Assembly: GCA_964631135.1 (NCBI GenBank)
Contig: CAZVVZ010000024.1
Coordinates: 1-13,198 of the forward strand
DNA length: 13,198 nt
Source of the DNA: an uncultured Eubacteriales bacterium
Lineage (GTDB): Bacteria > Bacillota > Clostridia > TANB77 > RGIG9151
Direction: 5' to 3'
Positions 7,791 through 13,198 of this stretch are shown piece by piece (the first letter of the stretch is position 1; the number at the start of each line of letters is the position of its first letter). A program made the position numbers and the translations under genes. The notes under the pieces were generated by a model. That model did no database searches. It was not told the DNA's origin and saw nothing but the letters and a program-made list of their open reading frames with translations.

Positions 7791-7819
7791 AGTATATAAA
7801 ATTTTACATGTAAAATCAA
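7791..7819 (-). promoter_or_regulatory. Near-consensus sigma-A promoter for the GH15 gene
   Basis: Minus strand reads TTGATT (7819-7814), 17 nt, then TATACT (7796-7791). It lies about 55 nt upstream of the ATG at 7736. Confidence 0.6.
7801..7816. promoter_or_regulatory. Perfect 16-bp palindrome ATTTTACATGTAAAAT in the promoter spacer; candidate operator
   Basis: I checked it base by base and it is self-complementary over 7801-7816. It fills the -35/-10 spacer and overlaps 3 nt of the -35 hexamer of the GH15 promoter. A ROK-family HTH regulator is encoded directly upstream. Confidence 0.5.
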
Positions 7820-7849
7820 GGGGTTAATTGATATTCAAACTAAAAGTAA

Positions 7850-7996
7850 TTACTAGTCAGACTACTAAAAAATAAGATATATGTTTTATCGGAACTCAGT
7901 GTTTGCGACGGAAGACTTGAGAAAATGTGGAAAGTCTTTCAGTAAATATTCGTTCCTTTTTAACATATATCTTATTTTTAGTAGTCTGAACAGTAA
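7850..7996. repeat. About 147-nt extended inverted repeat (hairpin) directly after the ROK gene stop; possible long-stem terminator or MITE/REP-like palindromic element
   Basis: The outer arms 7850-7885 and 7962-7996 pair over about 35 bp, with one 2-nt mismatch (7855-7856 vs 7990-7991) and one 1-nt bulge (A6 vs T5). The inner part has ggaac/gttcc (7891-7895/7952-7956), a large internal loop (about 15x12), an apical stem 7911-7918/7932-7939 and a 12-nt loop (7919-7930). The minus-strand tail after the stem is UUACUUUUAGUUUG. Confidence 0.85.
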
Positions 7997-8002
7997 CCAA
8001 AC

Positions 8003-9235
8003 TTAATCTTCCAATAACTCCGGATTATCAAAAATATGTTGAGTAGCTAAAACTACCGCACCTTTTAAATATGCTACACCCCCTAATTTAGATAGCACAA
8101 TCCCGGTAGAATTAACAGACGTTGAAAAGCCTCTTTTTCTAACCGTTTCTATAATCGGAGTAAGTAATATTTCTCCTGTGGATATTATTTCTCCGTTTAT
8201 AATAATTAACTCAGGGTTTAAAATATTGATGATGTTAGCTATTCCTATCCCTATATTTTCACCCATTTTTCTAATTAACGATACCGCAAGCTCATCACCT
8301 TGCTTAGCTGCTTCATATAAGTCTTCAGGCGATATGTCCTTTATAGATTTTATTTCCTTTCCGGCATATATTTTAGAGTTTTTATTTGACGGATACTTTT
8401 CATAAGCCTGTTTTATTAAAGCCTTAACCGAGGCTACAGTTTCAAGGCACCCTCTATTCCCGCAACTACACATTTCACCATTTATATCTACAGTAGTATG
8501 ACCTATTTCTCCTGCTCCAAATGAAATACCGTTAACCGGTTTATCATTTATAAAAAAACTTCCTCCTACACCATATTCAATATTTAGGCAAAAAAAGCTT
8601 GATGCATTCTTCCCTGAACCAAACCAGTTCTCACCTAATGCCATTGTACGTGTATTATTATCTATAAAAACCGGTATGCCATAGCTGTCGTAAATCATTT
8701 GAGCAATATTAACATTTTTCCAGCCCAAATTTGGTGCGATAATGGATATTCCCTTTTCGCTGTCAACAATTCCATGAATACCCACTCCAATGCTGACAAT
8801 TTTTTTATTTTTAGCTTTATATTTCTCTATTATCGAAATTATTTCTTCATCTAATATCTTTTTAATATCTTCTACCGTATTTTCTTCTTTTTTGTATTTT
8901 ATTTCTCTCTTATGCTTAATATTAGCTAATAAATCCGATGTAATTATACTAAGCTTTCTCGAGCCTATATAAATTCCTATGACTCTATAGTAATCACTTC
9001 TCATTTTTAGCATAATTGGCCTTCTGCCACCGCTTGAATCGCCCGATTCTCCTTCTACTATTAACTTATTATCTATAAGTTCAGAAGTAATATTTGTAAT
9101 AGTTGCAGGAGTGAGATCTGTAATTTCAGCTATTTCTGTTCTGGAAATAGGACCATGTTTTCTAATAATGTCCAATACATTTTTCGTATTGATTTTTTTT
9201 ACTATTGACGATTTACCCGCCTTATTTCGTGCCAT
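8003..9235 (-). CDS. ROK-family transcriptional regulator (NagC/XylR/Mlc type)
   Basis: N-terminal winged HTH (ISRTEIAEITDLTPATITNITSELI) and the ROK zinc motif CSCGNRGCLE. Sugar-kinase-like fold, 410 aa. RBS GAGGG lies 7 nt upstream of the ATG at 9235. Confidence 0.9.
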   Translation of the reverse strand: MARNKAGKSSIVKKINTKNVLDIIRKHGPISRTEIAEITDLTPATITNITSELIDNKLIVEGESGDSSGGRRPIMLKMRSDYYRVIGIYIGSRKLSIITSDLLANIKHKREIKYKKEENTVEDIKKILDEEIISIIEKYKAKNKKIVSIGVGIHGIVDSEKGISIIAPNLGWKNVNIAQMIYDSYGIPVFIDNNTRTMALGENWFGSGKNASSFFCLNIEYGVGGSFFINDKPVNGISFGAGEIGHTTVDINGEMCSCGNRGCLETVASVKALIKQAYEKYPSNKNSKIYAGKEIKSIKDISPEDLYEAAKQGDELAVSLIRKMGENIGIGIANIINILNPELIIINGEIISTGEILLTPIIETVRKRGFSTSVNSTGIVLSKLGGVAYLKGAVVLATQHIFDNPELLED

Positions 9236-9245
9236 TATAAAACCC

Positions 9246-10409
9246 TCACTGTTTCTTTAATATCTCCAATGCTTTTTTTAGTTGTAAATCTGTAGAATAA
9301 TTTCCTTCTTCGACTTCAATATCCGGCTGTATTCCAACACCATCAATGCATACTCCGTTCGGTGTAAAATATTTTGCTATGGTTAATTTTATTGACGTTC
9401 CGTCTTTAATTGTAAACCAACCTTGTACAACACCTTTACCATATGTTTTCTTTCCGATTAAAGTCCCACATTCTCTGTCCTTTACAGCTCCTGCAAGTAT
9501 TTCCGAAGCACTTGCGCTTTGCTCATTTATAAGAACCGCCAAAGGTATATCTATACCATTTCCTTCAGAATACTGTTCTTCTTTTTTCCCGTTTTTATCT
9601 TCTGTATATACAATAAGTCCTTTAGGTATTATTTCTTTGGCAATTTTTACGACTTCGTCATATACACCGCCACCATTATCTCGTAAATCAATAATCAAAC
9701 TCTTTATATTTTCTTTTCTTAACTTCTCATACTCCGTCATAAACTCATTATAAGTCTGCTCGTCGAAGGTTGTGATCTGTATATATCCAATTCCGTCCAT
9801 ATTTTTTGAATATACACTCGCTACTGTAATTTCCTCAGTCTTTAATTTAAGCTCTATACGTTCTCCATCTCTGTCAATTACAAGTTCTAAATCAGTTCCT
9901 GCTTTTACTTTCATTAGTTCGGTAGCCTTAGTTAATTCTAAGTCTTCACATGAAGTTCCGTTAATAGATAGGATTTTATCGTTACTTTTTAGTTCAGCCT
10001 TTTCTGCCGGTGAATTAGGCAAAATATATAATATTGTAGGATACTTTTCACCATTAAGAACAGAAACTACTATACCGACACCTTCATATTTTCCCTCTGT
10101 CAATTCTTCCAATGCTTCATTCGCTTCTGCCGGCAAATATTCTGTATATTGGTCATTAGTCGCTGCCAGCATTCCCGTCATTGCTCCGTCATACAAATCC
10201 TCTTCTGAAATTTCACTATAGAAGTTGTCAAGTAATAAGTCTTTCGAACTCATTATTTTCTTTATAAAAGCAAGTTCCTCCAAACTATATCCCTTTATAC
10301 TACCCGTTAAAACAAAATTGCCAAGTCCCGAAAAAATCAAAGTAGAAATTATAGTAATTACTACTAAAGAAACCATGCCAATAAATATACTTAATCTATT
10401 ATTTTTCAT
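9246..10409 (-). CDS. S41-family C-terminal processing (tail-specific) peptidase, membrane anchored
   Basis: N-terminal TM segment, a PDZ-like region, and S41 blocks (LINEQSASASEILAGAVKD, KKTYGKG). I moved the start to the ATG at 10409, preceded by GAGGAGAA. The track start at 10412 is a TTG one codon upstream. Confidence 0.9.
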   Translation of the reverse strand: MKNNRLSIFIGMVSLVVITIISTLIFSGLGNFVLTGSIKGYSLEELAFIKKIMSSKDLLLDNFYSEISEEDLYDGAMTGMLAATNDQYTEYLPAEANEALEELTEGKYEGVGIVVSVLNGEKYPTILYILPNSPAEKAELKSNDKILSINGTSCEDLELTKATELMKVKAGTDLELVIDRDGERIELKLKTEEITVASVYSKNMDGIGYIQITTFDEQTYNEFMTEYEKLRKENIKSLIIDLRDNGGGVYDEVVKIAKEIIPKGLIVYTEDKNGKKEEQYSEGNGIDIPLAVLINEQSASASEILAGAVKDRECGTLIGKKTYGKGVVQGWFTIKDGTSIKLTIAKYFTPNGVCIDGVGIQPDIEVEEGNYSTDLQLKKALEILKKQ

Positions 10410-10442
10410 CAACTTCTCCTCAATTGTTTATTATATATAAAA

Positions 10443-11585
10443 TTATGCGAAGGTAACTCCGGAATAACTCAAATAATTTTTAGGATCTTGAGGTGTTCCG
10501 TTTTTCCTTACTTCAAAATGCAAATGTGGCCCTGTAGAGTATCCTGTACTTCCTGCTTTCATAATTATATCGCCCTGATTTACAGTATCTCCTACACTAA
10601 CACATAATTTGTTTGCATGGCCATATAACGTTGTAATTCCATTACCGTGATCAATTATTATCATATTCCCATAGGCGGTATTCCAGCCGGCCTTTATTAC
10701 CTTACCGGATGCAGCTGCATATATATTACTGTTCAATGTAGCACGAATATCTATACCTGTATGAGTTCCGCTTTTTTTAGTTATAGGATGGATTCTAGGT
10801 CCGTATTTACATGTAATAACTTTTGAATAAGCAGCAGGCCATATAAAAGTTTCATTTTTGGATACAACCGTACTTACTCCACTTAACTCTCTTAACTGTC
10901 TTTCAATAGCTTGTGATTCCTCAAGTTCTCTGTCTAGCTGTTTTTGCAATTCATCTATATTACTCTCAAGTAATTTAACCCTTGAGTCTTTTGCACTTCT
11001 TGAGGTGGCTAATTTATCTCTGCTTGCAGTCTCCTGCTTCTTCGCTGCTTCAACAACAATTTTATCGCTTTCTAAAGCTTCAATTTCTTCTGCTGTATCT
11101 TTTTTTAGCTGTTCAAGTTCATCAAACAAAGCCTTATCCGATTCAGCCATTCTCTCTGCAAGTTCACATCTCTTAATAAAGTCTGTTATATTTTCTGAAT
11201 TCAAAATTAAGCTTATATAAGCGGTATTGCCGTTCTCATACATAGCTCTTACACGTTTTTGTAATAATATTTCCTCTTCTTCTCTTTTTTTATTAGCTTC
11301 CTCTATCTTTTTTTCATGACTTTTTATCTGAGAATTAAGATCGTTTATCTGAGATTGAATTGTATCAAGCTCTTTTTGAGCCTTATTCATCTCTACATCA
11401 AGTTCTTCGATTTCATCAAGCAAACTTTTCTTTTTATTTTCAACCTGCTTTATCTCTTTCTCCTTAGCTTCAATTGCGGTATTATTCTGGTCTAGCTTTG
11501 CCTTGAGTTCTGATTCCGTAGCCGCAACAGAGAAATTACACCCTAATAATGAAACTGCTGTAATTAAAGAAACTATCTTTTTCAT
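10443..11585 (-). CDS. Coiled-coil M23 (LytM-type) metallopeptidase, secreted or lipoprotein; catalytic motifs intact
   Basis: C-terminal M23 domain with HxxxD (HTGID) and HxH (HLH in GPHLHFEV). There is roughly 200 aa of heptad-rich coiled coil. The signal peptide MKKIVSLITAVSLLGC carries a lipobox-like LLGC. I moved the start to the ATG at 11585, preceded by AAGGATG. The track start at 11648 would overlap ftsX by 37 nt and adds a non-signal extension. Confidence 0.9.
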   Translation of the reverse strand: MKKIVSLITAVSLLGCNFSVAATESELKAKLDQNNTAIEAKEKEIKQVENKKKSLLDEIEELDVEMNKAQKELDTIQSQINDLNSQIKSHEKKIEEANKKREEEEILLQKRVRAMYENGNTAYISLILNSENITDFIKRCELAERMAESDKALFDELEQLKKDTAEEIEALESDKIVVEAAKKQETASRDKLATSRSAKDSRVKLLESNIDELQKQLDRELEESQAIERQLRELSGVSTVVSKNETFIWPAAYSKVITCKYGPRIHPITKKSGTHTGIDIRATLNSNIYAAASGKVIKAGWNTAYGNMIIIDHGNGITTLYGHANKLCVSVGDTVNQGDIIMKAGSTGYSTGPHLHFEVRKNGTPQDPKNYLSYSGVTFA

Positions 11586-11611
11586 AAGTAAATCACATCC
11601 TTGTAAAAATT

Positions 11612-12499
11612 TTATACATCTAAATATTTCTTTATCGAAATCATACAAGCAATACAGCTTATTCCGACTCCGATAATTAAGTTTGTATTTAAAATTCTTT
11701 GGCTTAAGTCAAGCCATCCTACAATTCCCTCACTCAAAAAAGCATTTTGAACTCCGTTATATATCTGTATAGTAATTAACCATGAAATATATGCTCCAAC
11801 CACACCGACTATAATTCCTTCAATAATAAACGGTGTTTTTACAAAAGCATCCGTTGCTCCTATGTATTTCATTATGTTAATTTCTTTTCTCCTTGAATGT
11901 AACACTAATTTTATAGTATTAGCAATAACTAAAAGTGAAACAGCCACCAACAAGATAAAAACTATTAAAACAATCGTTTTTATTATATCTGACATGTTAC
12001 TGATTTTAACAAAAATATCCTGATCAAACTTAACACTTCTTATTACCGCGGTATCTTTAACTTTTATATTTTTAATTTCATCAGATATGCTACTTGCTTC
12101 TTCTAAACTCTCAATACCAACTTCAAAAGAATCTGTAAATATGTCGTCATCTTCCCAACCGTCAGAGAAATCCTTATATTCTTCCCCAAGCATCTCTCTT
12201 GCCTCTTTTATGTTTTCTTCCTTAGTAATTCGCTTTACTTCTGTAACACCATTTAAAGTTGAAATCTTATCTTTAGCCGAAACAATATCTTCTTCCGGAA
12301 GCCCTTCTTTAACATATACCAGCATTACCTGATCTTTCATCAAGGAAGTAGCCAATGCATTTACGTTTTCACCTATTATGGTAAAAATGCCTAAAGTAAT
12401 CATTGACGTAGAAATTATTAACACAGATGCAAAAAACATTATTTTATTTTTCCAAACATTTTCAAAGCCTTGCCTTATTAAATATATCAAAGTACCCAC
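11612..12499 (-). CDS. ftsX: Cell-division ABC transporter permease-like protein FtsX
   Basis: Typical FtsX topology: TM1, a large extracellular loop and three C-terminal TMs. It lies directly downstream of ftsE. The GTG start at 12499 is preceded by GGAGG 8 nt upstream. Confidence 0.9.
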   Translation of the reverse strand: MGTLIYLIRQGFENVWKNKIMFFASVLIISTSMITLGIFTIIGENVNALATSLMKDQVMLVYVKEGLPEEDIVSAKDKISTLNGVTEVKRITKEENIKEAREMLGEEYKDFSDGWEDDDIFTDSFEVGIESLEEASSISDEIKNIKVKDTAVIRSVKFDQDIFVKISNMSDIIKTIVLIVFILLVAVSLLVIANTIKLVLHSRRKEINIMKYIGATDAFVKTPFIIEGIIVGVVGAYISWLITIQIYNGVQNAFLSEGIVGWLDLSQRILNTNLIIGVGISCIACMISIKKYLDV

Positions 12500-12520
12500 T
12501 ATTTATACCTCCAACTGCTA

Positions 12521-13198
12521 TTAGTAATTTCCTCTGTTTTGGTCTCTTATTATTTTTCCTTTTTCAAGTTCAACTACTCTTTTTTTCATTGTATCAACAA
12601 TATCTTTAGCATGAGTAGCCACAACAACAGTCGTTCCCCTTAAATTTATTTCATTTAATATCTTCATTATTTCCCATGCATTTTCAGGATCTAAGTTCCC
12701 GGTAGGCTCATCTGCAATCAAAACAGACGGATTATTAGCCAATGCTCTTGCCATAGCAATTCTCTGCTGCTCTCCGCCTGATAACTCATGCGGATAGCTG
12801 TTTGATTTTGAACTCAACCCCACCAAACTAAGAAGCATAGGGACCTGACGTCTTATATATCTAGCCGGTTTTCTGACTATTCGCATAGCGAAGGCTACAT
12901 TTTCGTAAACAGTTTTATTAGGTAATAATCTAAAATCTTGAAATACTATTCCTATGCTACGTCGTAAGAACGGGACATATCTTGATTTCATTGAGTGAAC
13001 TTTATAATTATTTAGTAACAGTGTCCCGGAATCAACATTTTCTTCTCTTATCATTAGTTTCAATAATGTGGATTTCCCGGATCCCGATGGTCCTACTAAA
13101 AATACAAACTCACCTTTATCTATTTTTAAATTAACACCATTTATCGCTTCTATTCCGCCCTCATAACGTTTATGTACATTTGTAAATTCAATCATCAT
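12521..13198 (-). CDS. ftsE: Cell-division ATP-binding protein FtsE
   Basis: Walker A GPSGSGKST, ABC signature LSGGEQQR, Walker B LIADEPTGNLD. The start MMIEF.. abuts the right window edge, so the choice between 13198 and 13195, and the RBS, cannot be verified. Confidence 0.9.
   Translation of the reverse strand: MMIEFTNVHKRYEGGIEAINGVNLKIDKGEFVFLVGPSGSGKSTLLKLMIREENVDSGTLLLNNYKVHSMKSRYVPFLRRSIGIVFQDFRLLPNKTVYENVAFAMRIVRKPARYIRRQVPMLLSLVGLSSKSNSYPHELSGGEQQRIAMARALANNPSVLIADEPTGNLDPENAWEIMKILNEINLRGTTVVVATHAKDIVDTMKKRVVELEKGKIIRDQNRGNY

Noticed and set aside
7857-7989. Invertible promoter (inverton) interpretation of the second hairpin.
   Set aside because: The 76-nt segment between the arms contains no convincing -35/-10 pair. 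The good GH15 promoter lies outside the repeat, and no site-specific recombinase is encoded in the window. I kept this only as a testable alternative for the first hairpin, which does have promoter-like hexamers in its loop.
113-12609. Antisense or overlapping ORFs in the six-frame track: 113-310(-), 584-766(+), 2483-2671, 2908-3162, 3402-3602, 5162-5608, 6061-6474, 8178-8405, 8790-8972, 9346-9753, 9772-10221, 10225-10440, 10858-11220, 10982-11176, 12087-12332, 12427-12609 (all +).
   Set aside because: Each lies inside and opposite a long ORF with clear family motifs. Their products are low-complexity and rich in S, L, I and F, as expected from reading AT-rich coding sequence in reverse. None has a recognisable RBS or domain. 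I treat them as shadow ORFs.
1-13198. CRISPR arrays, tRNA or rRNA genes, transposases, integrases, toxin-antitoxin pairs or known defence-system genes.
   Set aside because: No regularly spaced direct repeats, no cloverleaf-compatible segments in the spacers, and every long ORF has a confident housekeeping assignment apart from the left-edge fragment.

Overview
AT-rich window, probably from a low-GC Firmicute (Clostridia-like, judged from gene content and composition). It is almost entirely a co-directional minus-strand array of recognisable housekeeping genes. In transcription order (right to left) these are: ftsE, ftsX, a coiled-coil M23 peptidase, an S41 C-terminal processing peptidase, a ROK-family regulator, [long hairpin plus promoter], a GH15 glucoamylase-like hydrolase, radA, disA, [promoter], a CarD-family regulator, [terminator], and a secreted COG4880/PF09826 beta-propeller protein. 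One plus-strand ORF at the left edge is open to the window boundary and is probably the 3' end of a longer unrecognised gene. I saw no rRNA, tRNA, CRISPR array, transposase, integrase or recognisable defence gene. The features not explained by the genes are two very long, nearly perfect hairpin-forming inverted repeats, at 410-635 and 7850-7996. They fill the only two large intergenic spacers, and each starts within about 10 nt of a stop codon. There is also a near-consensus promoter for the GH15 gene whose spacer is a perfect 16-bp palindrome next to the ROK regulator. Junctions are unusually tight: ctp-ROK is 10 nt and GH15-radA is 20 nt, which implies unexpected co-transcription. All pairings and motif counts were done by hand. 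Copy number, conservation and expression could not be assessed.
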